Positions 1 to 10,637 of a stretch of DNA of 64,000 nt are shown piece after piece (the first letter of the stretch is position 1; each line of letters opens with the position of its first letter). Source of the stretch: an uncultured Armatimonadetes bacterium (GTDB taxonomy: Bacteria > Armatimonadota > UBA5829 > DTJY01); the NCBI GenBank assembly GCA_963717145.1, contig OY970325.1:2912001-2976000 (forward strand), in the 5' to 3' direction. Both the position numbers and the translations under genes were made by a program. The notes beneath the pieces are model-generated. The model was given only the letters and a program-made list of their open reading frames with translations, did no database searches and was not told where the DNA came from.

Positions 1-543
<543 letters not shown>

Positions 544-638
544 CTCTTCAAACCTCGGAGTGCCGGCTGAGAATAGTCGGCAGACTCACCGCACGATTAT
601 AGCACGCGCGGTGGCAGCACCAATAGGAGCAATAGGAC

Positions 639-2441
639 CTATGCTCGGTCGCGGGTCTTGCGGGCTCCGCCGGTTGCACGGCTTCCTGCAGTCTCACCAG
701 CGACCGGCGTCGGAGGCTCGATCTGGTCCGGCGCAACCTTGAAGTGCCACATCGCCATCCGACCTATCTCCTTGAACACGGGCGCCGCACAGGTTGCGCC
801 CCAGTGGATGCCTTTCGGTTCGTCAACCGAGACCAGAATTGCCGCCCGCGGGTTGCTGGTCGGCAGGAATCCGACAAACGACGCGACAAACTTGCCGTTG
901 TTGTAGCTGCCGTTCACCGCCTTCTGAGCGCTGCCGGTCTTTCCACCCGTCTGGTATCCTTCGACGACGGCCGGCTTTCCCGTGCCCTCCACGCATACGT
1001 CGCGCAGCATTTCGGTCACGGCCCTGGCGACATCTGCCGAGACAACCCGCCTGACGACCTCCGGCTTGTTGTCTCGATACAGGGTACCGTCCGGGCGACG
1101 GATCTGCTTGATGATGTGCGGCTTCATCATGACGCCATCGTTCGCGACGGTGGCGTAGGCGTTGGCAAGTTGAAGCGGAGTAACGACGATTCCCTGGCCG
1201 AATCCGATATTCGCGACCCGGACGTCCTCCCAGTCCTTCCAAACTCCCGGCCAACCCGTCATCTCGCCCATCATCCCGGTCCCAGGCCTGTCATAGAAGC
1301 CGAACTTCTTTTCGTACTCGAAGAGTCTCTCCTTGCCGAGACGGAATGCGATGCCGGCAGCGGCCATGTTGCAGGAGTACTTCAGGCACTTGGCCACATT
1401 GCAGACTCCGTGTCCGCCCATGAACGGCGCATGGAGCGAGCACCGGACGGTCCGATTCCCGACGCGCATGCTCCCATTGCACTGGAAGGTAGTATCGTAG
1501 TCGATCGACTTCGTCTCGAGCCCTGCGCAGGCGGTGATCGTCTTGAGCGTCGAGCCCGGTTCATAGAGGTCGGTGACTGCACGGTTTCGGCGGTCATTGG
1601 CCTCGGAGTTGGCCACGTCGTTCGGGTCGTAGCTGGGCATGTTGGCCAGAGCAGTGATCTCGCCCGTTCTGGGATCGATCACTACGGCGGACGCACCGGC
1701 GGCGGAGTACTTGTCATAGGACTTGAACAATTCCGCTTCGACCGAGTGCTGGATGGTAGAGTCGATTGTCAGCACGAGATCCATGCCGTCCACCGGCTCG
1801 ACCCGCTGGCGTCTTGTGCCGGGGATGAACTTGCCCCTGGCATCGACCTCGGTGATCACGAAGCCGTCCGTACCTCGGAGGTACTTGTCGCAGATGTTCT
1901 CGATCCCTTCCCTGCCGAGGCCGTCGATATCCGTGAAACCGACGACGTGAGACGCGAGTTGGCCGCCGGGGTAGACCCTCGACATGATCGGCACGGCCTC
2001 GACACCGTAGATCTTCGCCGCCTCGATGTTTCTCCCGACATCCGTACTGGCCCGTCTGGTCAGAAACACGAACCGCTTGTCACTGGTGATCTTCTCCAGA
2101 ACCTTCTCTTTCGGCCAACCGAGGATTCCTGAGAGCTTCTCGGCGGCCGCATCCTTGTCCTTGATCTTCTGAGGCCACGACTGGATATCGTACAGCTCGA
2201 CTGTGATCGCGAGTTCCTTGCCATTGCAGTCGAAGATGGTACCGCGACGGGCGGGAAGCTTGATCTTCCGCAGGCGGAATTCCTCGGCCTTGTCCCTGTA
2301 GTGGGGGGCGCTTAGCACTTGAATATAGAAAAACCTGGCCCCGAGCGCCAGGTACAGCAGTGCCATTATGCATAGCGTCCGGTTCATCCGGCCGCGAACA
2401 AGCTTACCACTTGGTAGGCGACGTCTTCTCATCGGCCCCAT
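639..2441 (-). CDS. ftsI: Class B penicillin-binding protein (FtsI/SpoVD-like)
   Basis: N-terminal TM, RGTIFD dimerisation motif, EPGSTLK (SxxK), SCN, KTG; dcw context. Confidence 0.92.
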   Translation of the reverse strand: MGPMRRRRLPSGKLVRGRMNRTLCIMALLYLALGARFFYIQVLSAPHYRDKAEEFRLRKIKLPARRGTIFDCNGKELAITVELYDIQSWPQKIKDKDAAAEKLSGILGWPKEKVLEKITSDKRFVFLTRRASTDVGRNIEAAKIYGVEAVPIMSRVYPGGQLASHVVGFTDIDGLGREGIENICDKYLRGTDGFVITEVDARGKFIPGTRRQRVEPVDGMDLVLTIDSTIQHSVEAELFKSYDKYSAAGASAVVIDPRTGEITALANMPSYDPNDVANSEANDRRNRAVTDLYEPGSTLKTITACAGLETKSIDYDTTFQCNGSMRVGNRTVRCSLHAPFMGGHGVCNVAKCLKYSCNMAAAGIAFRLGKERLFEYEKKFGFYDRPGTGMMGEMTGWPGVWKDWEDVRVANIGFGQGIVVTPLQLANAYATVANDGVMMKPHIIKQIRRPDGTLYRDNKPEVVRRVVSADVARAVTEMLRDVCVEGTGKPAVVEGYQTGGKTGSAQKAVNGSYNNGKFVASFVGFLPTSNPRAAILVSVDEPKGIHWGATCAAPVFKEIGRMAMWHFKVAPDQIEPPTPVAGETAGSRATGGARKTRDRA

Positions 2442-2463
2442 CCTGATGTGTTACATTCGGCGG

Positions 2464-2847
2464 TCAGTCCTGAGCGTTCTGTGCCAGGTGCGACTCTACC
2501 TGCGTATCCAGGTAGACCATCTTCTCGCCTGCGAGCATCCCATTCTCCTGGGCGAACTGGGCGACTCTGGCCGGCTGGCGCAGGTTGTCCAGGTTCACCT
2601 CGAGCTTCTCGTTCTCTATTCGCAGGTCCCGTAGCTGCGATAGAAGCTCGCCCTTGTGATAGCCTTCCTCGGTCACTCTGGCGTATGCGCCAACGTACAC
2701 TGTTAGCACAAAGCAGATGATCGACGCAAGCAGCAGGATGCCCACCATCTTATTGGCAAATATCCGAAGAATCAGGCTCTTCTTCTTTCGTTCTGCTGCC
2801 TTCTTAGCGGAATGCTGCCTTACCTCCAGCTTCTTCTGCGCCAACAT
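2464..2847 (-). CDS. ftsL: Cell division protein FtsL-like
   Basis: Basic N-terminus, one TM, then coiled coil; lies between rsmH and ftsI. Confidence 0.75.
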   Translation of the reverse strand: MLAQKKLEVRQHSAKKAAERKKKSLILRIFANKMVGILLLASIICFVLTVYVGAYARVTEEGYHKGELLSQLRDLRIENEKLEVNLDNLRQPARVAQFAQENGMLAGEKMVYLDTQVESHLAQNAQD

Positions 2848-2853
2848 TTCCGA

Positions 2854-3801
2854 TCACTCCTTCGTTGCCAGCTTCCTCGCAGCACGGAGCTTGGCCGCCC
2901 GTGCCCGAGGATTTGCGTCGACCTCGTTCGGCGATGCCGTCACGGGTCGCTTCGTCAGTGTTTCGAGTTCCTTCTCCGCTCCACACGAGCAGATCGGCAG
3001 GCCGGGCGGGCACGTACATCTGCCCGAGCGCCTCAGAAAACTATCCTTTACGATCCTGTCCTCGAGTGAGTGCCAGGACAGGACTACGATCCTGCCATCG
3101 TTCGCAAGCAGTCCCATTGCCGCATCGAGACCGGTCCGGAGCGATTCCAACTCGCGGTTCACAGTGATTCTCAAGGCCATGAAGGTACGGGTCGCGGGAT
3201 GGATATCCTTCGGCCTCGCCGCTGACGGCATCGCCGCCAGGATGACATCCACCAACTCGCCGGTGGTCTCGATCGGCTTCCGGGTACGCCGCTCGGCGAT
3301 GAACTGCGCGATCCGTCTCGCCCAGCGCTCCTCGCCGTAGTCCCGGATGATCTCCGTGAGATGCTTCTCGGAGTACGAGTTCACGACGTCTCGGGCGGTC
3401 AGGCGCTGAGCCCGATCCATCCTCATGTCGAGCCGTGCGTCATGCCGAAAGCTGAACCCTCGCTCGGAGGCATCCAACTGATGGGAGGAAACCCCCAAGT
3501 CGAGGAGCACGCCGTTGACTGCCTGGATATCAAGGTCCCGGGCGATTGCTTCCACGTTACTGAAATCGCCCTTCACAAGTGTTACGTTACTGGAAAAACC
3601 GGACAACCGCTTCGATGCCGCTTCCAGGGCTTCTTCGTCCCGGTCAATCCCGATCAGCCGTCCGCCGGGCAGGATGCGCTTCACGATCTCGATCGCGTGT
3701 CCCCCGCCTCCCACCGTTCCGTCGATGACGGTATCCCCGCTCTGGGGATCCAGATACTGCAGTACTTCCGCGAGCATAACGGGAACGTGGAATTCCTGCA
3801 T
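2854..3801 (-). CDS. rsmH: 16S rRNA m4C1402 methyltransferase
   Basis: HVPVML, DGTVGGGGHA, DLGVSSHQLD, HSLEDRIVK, NPRARAAKLR motifs. Confidence 0.97.
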   Translation of the reverse strand: MQEFHVPVMLAEVLQYLDPQSGDTVIDGTVGGGGHAIEIVKRILPGGRLIGIDRDEEALEAASKRLSGFSSNVTLVKGDFSNVEAIARDLDIQAVNGVLLDLGVSSHQLDASERGFSFRHDARLDMRMDRAQRLTARDVVNSYSEKHLTEIIRDYGEERWARRIAQFIAERRTRKPIETTGELVDVILAAMPSAARPKDIHPATRTFMALRITVNRELESLRTGLDAAMGLLANDGRIVVLSWHSLEDRIVKDSFLRRSGRCTCPPGLPICSCGAEKELETLTKRPVTASPNEVDANPRARAAKLRAARKLATKE

Positions 3802-3815
3802 GTCAATCCGGGGAC

Positions 3816-4244
3816 TCAGCCCATCCCAACCTCTCTGGCAGATTCGCTGATCAGGTCATCGGTCGTGGCAGAGGCAAGCTCATCCCATCGCTGCTTGCTC
3901 CAGATCTCCAGGCGATTGACAGCGCCGATGATCATGACTTCTTTGTCGATCATGGCATGTTCGCGGAGAGTCGAGGTAAGCGCTACTCTGCCCTGTCCGT
4001 CGGTGGTGGCGTCTACGGCTTCGCCCGAGAAGAACCTCTGAAGACGATGCGCGTTGTGGTCGAGCATCGTCTGAGCGTCGAGCCGTTTTTCGAGGTCAGC
4101 AAATTCTTCTTCCGTGAAGACCCACAGACAGTTGTCTACCCCTTTGGTGATAACGAACTTCTCACCGAGGAGCAGTCTGAACTTCTGTGGGATTATTACT
4201 CGCCCTTTGTCGTCGAGACTGTGGGCGAAACCTCCACGGAACAT
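3816..4244 (-). CDS. mraZ: Transcriptional regulator MraZ
   Basis: DDKGRVIIP and DGQGRV repeats, RLEIWS; first gene of the dcw cluster. Confidence 0.96.
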   Translation of the reverse strand: MFRGGFAHSLDDKGRVIIPQKFRLLLGEKFVITKGVDNCLWVFTEEEFADLEKRLDAQTMLDHNAHRLQRFFSGEAVDATTDGQGRVALTSTLREHAMIDKEVMIIGAVNRLEIWSKQRWDELASATTDDLISESAREVGMG

Positions 4245-4273
4245 GTCCTAGCCTCCACCGAGTTACTATTCAG

Positions 4274-4318
4274 CCCCACTTGCCTCCACAGTTTACTGCC
4301 GACGCCCCTACTTGTCAA
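4274..4318 (-). promoter_or_regulatory. sigma70-type dcw promoter with MraZ-box-like repeats
   Basis: Minus strand TTGACA(4318-4313)-N17-TAAACT(4295-4290), followed directly by GTGGAG-N4-GTGGGG (10-bp period). Confidence 0.7.
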
Positions 4319-4439
4319 CCCTTTTTGGGGGAGCGGGCGAAAAAAGTGGAGATTTTTTCGCTGGAGTGGGGATCGATGGGTCTGGGGCGTTGCAGTGGCG
4401 GAAGAATGGCGCGATAGAGTCTCAGGATCGTTGGATCCG

Positions 4440-4468
4440 TTGACGACACGCAAGACTTCGGATATACT
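4440..4468 (+). promoter_or_regulatory. sigma70-type promoter of hicB-hicA, probably giving leaderless mRNA
   Basis: TTGACG-N17-TATACT ending 6 nt before ATG 4475; no Shine-Dalgarno. Confidence 0.65.
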
Positions 4469-4474
4469 GCATGT

Positions 4475-4675
4475 ATGGTATTCAAGGTGGTATTGGAACC
4501 GAGCGAGGAAGGCGGATACACCGCTCTCGTGCCCGCATTGCCGGGGTGCATAAGCGAGGGCGAAACCGTCCAGGAGGCCATGCGCAACATTCGTGAGGCG
4601 GTCGAGCTTTACCTGGAGCCGCTTGAGGACTACCCGACCCCCGAAGGCGCGCTGGTCAAGGAACTGACCCTGTGA
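4475..4675 (+). CDS. hicB: HicB-family antitoxin (short form, no DNA-binding domain)
   Basis: GGYTALVPALPGCISEGETVQEAMRNIREA signature. Confidence 0.9.
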   Translation: MVFKVVLEPSEEGGYTALVPALPGCISEGETVQEAMRNIREAVELYLEPLEDYPTPEGALVKELTL

Positions 4676-4899
4676 CCAAGGTGCCCAGCCTCAACTACAC
4701 CGAAATCATCCGTGCCCTGGAGAGGGACGGATGGTCCGGGATCAGGCAGCGTGGCAGCCACATTCGGTTGCACAAAGCTGTTGGCCTCGAGGTGCTCAAA
4801 GTAACTGTCCCGGCGCACAAGCCGGTGAAGAGATCGACCCTGGCCCACATCCTCAAGCAAGCTCGCCTGGATGTTGACCGGTTCATCAAGCTTCTCTGA
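4672..4899 (+). CDS. hicA: HicA-family toxin
   Basis: RQRGSHIRL and VTVPAH motifs; GTGA overlap with hicB. Confidence 0.9.
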   Translation: MTKVPSLNYTEIIRALERDGWSGIRQRGSHIRLHKAVGLEVLKVTVPAHKPVKRSTLAHILKQARLDVDRFIKLL

Positions 4900-4983
4900 C
4901 CCCCAAGGTCTCCTTGCCGCCCAGGTGTTTCATCCGGAACGGGAGAATCATGTCCCTATGATCAAGAAGGCTGGTATTCTCTG

Positions 4984-5733
4984 ATGCGTAAGATCGTAGC
5001 TATCGGTGGTGGTGAGATCGGCAGGTTCGGCTGTCCGATCGAAACAACAGCTATCGACCAACAGATACTGGAACTCACCGGGAAGAGCAGGCCACGCGTG
5101 CTGCTCCTGCCCACCGCCAGCGGCGACTCGGATACATACTTCGAGGCGTTCCGAAAGCACTTCGGCGAGGGACTGGGCTGCCGGACGGATGTCTTGAACC
5201 TGGTGAGTGAGAGTCCAGGGCATGGCGACGCACGCGACAAGATCCTCAACTCCGATGCCATCTATGTCGGCGGCGGCAATACGGCGAAGATGCTGAGGGT
5301 CTGGCGGAGGCTCGGAATCGACGTGATCCTCAAAGAGGCGCACGACAAGGGCATCGTGCTCTCCGGCCTCAGCGCCGGCGCCATCTGCTGGTTCCGGTTC
5401 GGCAGCAGCGACTCCAGGAAGTTCAGGAATCCCTCCGCCGGGCTGATTCGGCTGTCCTGTCTGGGATTGGTGAGAGCCACCCTGTGCCCACACTATGATG
5501 TCGAGGCGGATCGAAGGCCGGATCTGCGCGACATGATGCGCAGGACTCCGGGAGTGGCCATCGCGCTCGACAACTGCAGTGCGATTGAGATCGTTGGGGA
5601 CGAGTACAGGGTACTGACAAGCCGGCCCGGTGCGCAAGCCTATCGAGTCCACTGGTCGTCGGGAGTCTGCCACGAGGACATCCTGCCGTCCGAGAGGGGC
5701 TACCACCCATTGTCGAGCCTGATCTGCAAGTGA
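4984..5733 (+). CDS. Peptidase E / S51 family protein
   Basis: IVAIGGG, PTASGD, IYVGGGNT, GLSAGA nucleophile elbow, CPHY. Confidence 0.88.
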   Translation: MRKIVAIGGGEIGRFGCPIETTAIDQQILELTGKSRPRVLLLPTASGDSDTYFEAFRKHFGEGLGCRTDVLNLVSESPGHGDARDKILNSDAIYVGGGNTAKMLRVWRRLGIDVILKEAHDKGIVLSGLSAGAICWFRFGSSDSRKFRNPSAGLIRLSCLGLVRATLCPHYDVEADRRPDLRDMMRRTPGVAIALDNCSAIEIVGDEYRVLTSRPGAQAYRVHWSSGVCHEDILPSERGYHPLSSLICK

Positions 5734-5739
5734 TCGGCG

Positions 5740-8550
5740 CTACCTCGTCAGACCCGTCAGTCCGAAGAGGACGGGGGCGCACTCGGTGGCGAGGGCGGTG
5801 ATCTCGATCGACTCGATCGACTTCTCGGGGAGCGGGTTGTGCCAGTCGAGCGCGCGGAGGACAATCTTGTCTCCGCCCGAGGTCCGGCCCATCCACGCGG
5901 TGACCGCCGAGGGTGTCGCGGACGAGTCGTTCCACGCGACGATGTTCTCCCCGTAGACCAGGTTCATCTCCACCGACTCGGCGCCCGAGTAGCGGATCAG
6001 CACCTTCCCGACCGGCTGCCCCTTGTCCGCATGGAATGCCCCCGCGAGCAGGAAGACGAGGTCGTCGGCCTTGCGCCCGATCAGTATCCGGATCGAGTTC
6101 GGCCACGCACCTGAGGGGTTCATGTCGCCGGCAAGCATGACCGCGCCCTTGGGGATGTCGAAGTCGACGCCGACGAGCCGCTGCCTCCCGGTCTTGAGTG
6201 AGCGGAGATCGTGCTCAGGGCCGTAACCGAGCCATGCCTGCTTCGAGTCGCCGCTCAGTGGGACGGTCACATATGGCGTCAGGTCGATGGTGAATCCATC
6301 GCGCGCGGTATGATCGGCCTTCTCACGCTTCCAGATCTTGGTGAATTCCTCGGCAGGGGTATACGGCAGGTCCTCGAGTCCGCGTCCACCGGGACCCCAT
6401 GCGAATTCGGCCGCCAGGATATATGCGTGGAACTGCTGGAACTGCTCGCCGAGGGTGGCCTCACTGATGTGGTAGCCCGCCCAGAGCGTCTCCATCAGGC
6501 CGAGCGCGCCATCCTTCTGCGCCGACGTGCCGAAATCGACGATGTTCTGCGGCACGTACCACGTCGAGGCGATCACATCATGGCCGAGGTCCTGATACAT
6601 CCGCACGCTCGGGAAGTCGTCCGCCGCGCAGTAGTGCCAGTCGGTGACGATGACGTCCTTCGGCATCCCCTCGCGGATCTCGCGCGCGCTCTCGAGGGTG
6701 GCGGCCCATCCGGCGTCCGGCGTCTCCGTCTTGTAGAGGCCCATGTCGCCCCAGAGCATCATGCGGATGCCCTTCTTGTCGAAGTAGTCGTGCAGGCGGG
6801 CGACATCCTCATTGAAGAGCTGCGAGACCGACTTCTGCTTGCAGGTCTCGTCGTGCGGGAAGCGGCCGCCCATCGTAACCTCATCGTGGCCGATGTGGAA
6901 CCACTTCGGCTTGAAGAGGTCGATCGCCTCGTCGTACACCTTGAATATGAACTCGTAGCTCTTCGGGTTGTTCGGGCAGTAGCCGTAGGGACGCTCGGGG
7001 TCCTCGGCGATGTCGAGGTTAGCGTTGTTCTTGAACATCCACTCCGAGTGCCCGAGCGATTGGACGAGTGGCGCGACCTCCATGTGGTGCAGCCGCGCGC
7101 AGTCGATGATCGACTTCAGGTCCTCCTTGCTCGTGCTCCAATCGAGCCAGATCTTCGGATCGGTCGCCCACTTGGTGTAGTCCGCCTGGATCAGCAGGAA
7201 GTTGAGCTTATGCCTGGCGAAGATGCGCCGGATCAGCTTCTCCAGGAACGGCTTCGACTCGTTGCCGATGAACACATGTGCGCCTCGGATCTTCATCGAC
7301 GGCCAGTCCTTGATGATCGCGCCTGTGACAGCGACACCGTCGACGGTCGGCTTGAGGAGCTGTATGAGCGTCTGGATGCCGTAGAATGTGCCCTTCGCAT
7401 CCTTCCCGACGACGAGCACAAATGGTTTCGATGCCTTGAGGGAATACCCCTCGTCCTCCGCCGGCGGTTCGAGGCCGATTCCCCTGCTGAGCCGGTCGAG
7501 CAGTGAGTTGCGGCCCGGCTCCCCCAGGGCGATGAGTCCCCTGCCCGCCTGAGTTTCGCCCGCCGAAACGACCTTCAACTCGACCCCATAGATGTCGCGG
7601 AGTTCCTCATTGAGCGACTCGGCGGCGAAACGGTCGGCGTCGGTAGGTTGATCGGGCAGGACGATCAGCGTGTCACGGGTGATGGCAAAGTCGTTGCCGG
7701 TGAGGTCCATCGACTTCGGCTGCGGGATGACTTTGATCATCTCGTCCATCGGGAGCTTGGCATCTTCGACATCGGTGATCCTAACGGTCTCCGGCCGGAT
7801 GTCGGGAGCGATCGTCACGTCGCGGGTTGGCGAAAACTTGATCGTGGCGATGCAGTGGAATTCCCTGCCATATGAGAGCGGTCTGGCGGGTGATCCGAGG
7901 CCGCACCAGAAGATCGGCGCTTCCCGCGCCCACGGCTGAGGGTCGCGGCGGGCGTCGAAGAACACCAGGTCCTCGTTGTCGCCGGTGATCGTCAGCTCCA
8001 TCGGTCCGAGCCGGGAGTCGATCTGCAACTCATGGAACGGCGGGACGAGCATCGACTCATGCTGGTTCGAAGATGCGGCGGCATACGGCACTACGCCGGT
8101 CTTGTGGCCGTCGACCGTATCCGCCTCGAAGGCACAATCGGCGATCAACGGCGCGCTGAAGTACCCCAGACAATACTCGATCTCGGCCGGAACATCCCTC
8201 AGCAGCCGGTACTGGAGATCGATGGTGGCCTCATCGGATTCGAGCAAGGTGACATTGTAGGTCGCGGAGAAGACGTCGTTCTTCATCGTGACCTTGATCA
8301 GCTTGCCGCCGGGGATGTCTTCGGACGTGATCGTCGGCTCGACTAGGTGGTGGCCGAAGAGGAGATCGGTCCAACCGGGGCTGACGACGTAGAGCGACGA
8401 CTTGCGTAGTACCGTGACGCCCTTGTACTTGAGGCTCACACCGCTCTTGGTGTAGCTGAAGTCGAAGTTGTTCATGGTGTAGGTCTTCGGTGTCTGGCCG
8501 AGCGCCGGAAGAGAACATAGAAGTATGATTGTGGCAAGCAGGTGTCTCAT
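5740..8550 (-). CDS. Secreted GH20-family glycoside hydrolase (beta-hexosaminidase-like) with extra N- and C-terminal domains
   Basis: Start MRHLLATIILL (signal peptide; ATGA overlap with accA stop); VIPQPK, EGYSL, GTFYGIQTLIQL, IKDWP, HIGHDEV catalytic DE pair. Confidence 0.85.
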   Translation of the reverse strand: MRHLLATIILLCSLPALGQTPKTYTMNNFDFSYTKSGVSLKYKGVTVLRKSSLYVVSPGWTDLLFGHHLVEPTITSEDIPGGKLIKVTMKNDVFSATYNVTLLESDEATIDLQYRLLRDVPAEIEYCLGYFSAPLIADCAFEADTVDGHKTGVVPYAAASSNQHESMLVPPFHELQIDSRLGPMELTITGDNEDLVFFDARRDPQPWAREAPIFWCGLGSPARPLSYGREFHCIATIKFSPTRDVTIAPDIRPETVRITDVEDAKLPMDEMIKVIPQPKSMDLTGNDFAITRDTLIVLPDQPTDADRFAAESLNEELRDIYGVELKVVSAGETQAGRGLIALGEPGRNSLLDRLSRGIGLEPPAEDEGYSLKASKPFVLVVGKDAKGTFYGIQTLIQLLKPTVDGVAVTGAIIKDWPSMKIRGAHVFIGNESKPFLEKLIRRIFARHKLNFLLIQADYTKWATDPKIWLDWSTSKEDLKSIIDCARLHHMEVAPLVQSLGHSEWMFKNNANLDIAEDPERPYGYCPNNPKSYEFIFKVYDEAIDLFKPKWFHIGHDEVTMGGRFPHDETCKQKSVSQLFNEDVARLHDYFDKKGIRMMLWGDMGLYKTETPDAGWAATLESAREIREGMPKDVIVTDWHYCAADDFPSVRMYQDLGHDVIASTWYVPQNIVDFGTSAQKDGALGLMETLWAGYHISEATLGEQFQQFHAYILAAEFAWGPGGRGLEDLPYTPAEEFTKIWKREKADHTARDGFTIDLTPYVTVPLSGDSKQAWLGYGPEHDLRSLKTGRQRLVGVDFDIPKGAVMLAGDMNPSGAWPNSIRILIGRKADDLVFLLAGAFHADKGQPVGKVLIRYSGAESVEMNLVYGENIVAWNDSSATPSAVTAWMGRTSGGDKIVLRALDWHNPLPEKSIESIEITALATECAPVLFGLTGLTR

Positions 8551-9560
8551 TGGGATGCTGCTTCGGCGGGTTGATCCTCGTCCATGGAGGGAACGGTGGC
8601 GTAAACGCCCATGCCTCGGAACAACTGATATCGCTGCTCGATCAGCTTGTCGTGCTTCATCTTCCCGAGTTCTCCGAGATGCTTGACGATCGCGGTCTTC
8701 ACGGCGGCGGCGGCCTGCTCGTAGTTCCGATGCGCGCCTCCCTTCGGCTCGGGGATGATCTCGTCGATGATCCCGAGTTCGAAGTTGCGCTGGGCCGTAA
8801 TATTCAGCGCATCGGCAGCTTCGGGAGCGCGGGCCGGATTGCGATCGAACTCGGAGAGGATCGCGGCGCATCCCTCGGGCGGGATCACGGAGTAGATCGC
8901 GTGCTCCTGCATCAGTACACGGTTCCCAACCGCGATGCCGAGCGCGCCGCCGCTCCCACCTTCGCCAACAATGACCACCACGATCGGCACCCCGAGGACC
9001 GCCATCTCCATCATGTTCCGAGCGATCGCCTCGCTGATTCCACGTTCCTCCGCGCCGAAACTGCAGTCGGCGGCGGGAGTGTCCACAATGCAGACGACCG
9101 GGCGGTTGAACTTCTCGGCCATCTTCATGAGCCGGAGCGCCTTGCGGTATCCCTCAGGCTTCGCGCTGCCGAAGTTGCGGAACTGGCGCTCCTTGATGTC
9201 CCGACCCTTCTGCTGGCCGATGACCATGACCGGCTTGCCGTCGAGGACCGCGAACCCGCCGATCATCGCCTTGTCGTCCGCAAAGAGCCGGTCGCCGTGA
9301 AGCTCGACAAAATCGTCGAAGATCGCGCGTATGTAATCAAGGCAATACGGTCTGCTCGGATGGCGGGCCATGAGGGTCTTGTCCCACGGACTGAGGTTCG
9401 CATATATCTGGTCTGCCAGCCGGTCGCGATGCTCTTCGAGGGCAGCGATCTCCTCCGCGCGGTCGATTCCCTCCGCTTCGGAGACTGTCCTCAGCTCGGC
9501 GATGGCCGCGTCGAGTTCGGCAAGCGGCTTTTCGAAATCCAGCACGTTAATGAGCGCCAC
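8547..9560 (-). CDS. accA: Acetyl-CoA carboxylase carboxyltransferase alpha subunit
   Basis: LDFEKP, ARHPSRP, ELHGDR, RNFG..KPEGYRKALR, GEGGSGGALG; GTG start after GGAGG. Confidence 0.97.
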   Translation of the reverse strand: MALINVLDFEKPLAELDAAIAELRTVSEAEGIDRAEEIAALEEHRDRLADQIYANLSPWDKTLMARHPSRPYCLDYIRAIFDDFVELHGDRLFADDKAMIGGFAVLDGKPVMVIGQQKGRDIKERQFRNFGSAKPEGYRKALRLMKMAEKFNRPVVCIVDTPAADCSFGAEERGISEAIARNMMEMAVLGVPIVVVIVGEGGSGGALGIAVGNRVLMQEHAIYSVIPPEGCAAILSEFDRNPARAPEAADALNITAQRNFELGIIDEIIPEPKGGAHRNYEQAAAAVKTAIVKHLGELGKMKHDKLIEQRYQLFRGMGVYATVPSMDEDQPAEAASQ

Positions 9561-10425
9561 TGTTGCCTCCTCGACTACCAAAGGCCAGGAGCTTGGCCAG
9601 AGTATCCTTTATCTCTCTCCGAGGTAGCACGAGATCAACCATGCCGTGCTCGAGCTGCCATTCCGCGAGGCGATATCCGGGCGGCTCCTTGACGACCTGC
9701 GCCTGGGCCGCCACACGCTGTCCAGCGAGGCCGATGAGCGCGCCCGGCTCCGCGATGATCACGTCTGCAAGCATCGCAAAGCTCGCATGCACGCCGGCCA
9801 TAGTGGGGTCGGCGAAGACGGCGATATACATCAGCCCGGCCTTGTCGAACCGGGCAGCGGCCGCACTGGTCTTCGCCATCTGCATAAGGGAGAGTATGCC
9901 CTCCTGCATGCGCGCGCCGCCTGAGGAGTGGATCATGACCACGGGCATCTTCCGCTCGATCGCTCGTTCGTAGGCTCGGGTGACCTTCTCTCCGTAGACG
10001 CAGCCCATGCTCCCGGCGAGGAAGGCAAAATCGGCGACGCCGATCATGGTCGGACAGCCGCCGACGGTCGCCGTGCCCGTCACCATGCCGTCGTTCATCT
10101 CGCACGACGCCTGGAGCTTGCGCATTTTGGCGTCATAGGCGGGGAAGTTGAGTGAGTTTACGGTGACCAGATCGGAGTCCGTCTCCGCAAAGCTGCCCTC
10201 GTCCACAGTCATGGCCAATCGCTCGATGGCTCGCAGCTTGAAGTGATAGCCGCACTTGTTGCAGACCTTGAGGTTCTTCTCCAGCTCTTTGCTGAAGAGA
10301 ATCTCGGCGCACTTTGGGCACTTAGTCCACAAACCGTCCGGAAGTGCGTCCAGGTGCTTTCTGGCGGCCTTTCCGGCGGCCTTGGATTTGCGGTGGAACC
10401 ATCCGTCAGGGGTCAAGCAGCTCAC
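9547..10425 (-). CDS. accD: Acetyl-CoA carboxylase carboxyltransferase beta subunit
   Basis: WTKCPKC...CNKC zinc finger, GSMG, SGGARMQEG, LMQMAKTSAA. Confidence 0.97.
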   Translation of the reverse strand: MSCLTPDGWFHRKSKAAGKAARKHLDALPDGLWTKCPKCAEILFSKELEKNLKVCNKCGYHFKLRAIERLAMTVDEGSFAETDSDLVTVNSLNFPAYDAKMRKLQASCEMNDGMVTGTATVGGCPTMIGVADFAFLAGSMGCVYGEKVTRAYERAIERKMPVVMIHSSGGARMQEGILSLMQMAKTSAAAARFDKAGLMYIAVFADPTMAGVHASFAMLADVIIAEPGALIGLAGQRVAAQAQVVKEPPGYRLAEWQLEHGMVDLVLPRREIKDTLAKLLAFGSRGGNSGAH

Positions 10426-10637
10426 CTCTGTCTGAGTTCAAATGTGACATCAGGATACAGGATTCACTCAGAAAAAGCAAGCTGACGGGAGGGGAAACAC
10501 CAATGGCACGAATAGACGAATGGATGGGGAAATCCTGGATAGTGCTTGTCTGATAGATATGGGTGTCAGGCGACAGGTCATGCTCCTTCGATACCTGAAC
10601 ACGAATGGGAGGGCGGATGAGGGATTCGGATTCCTGC

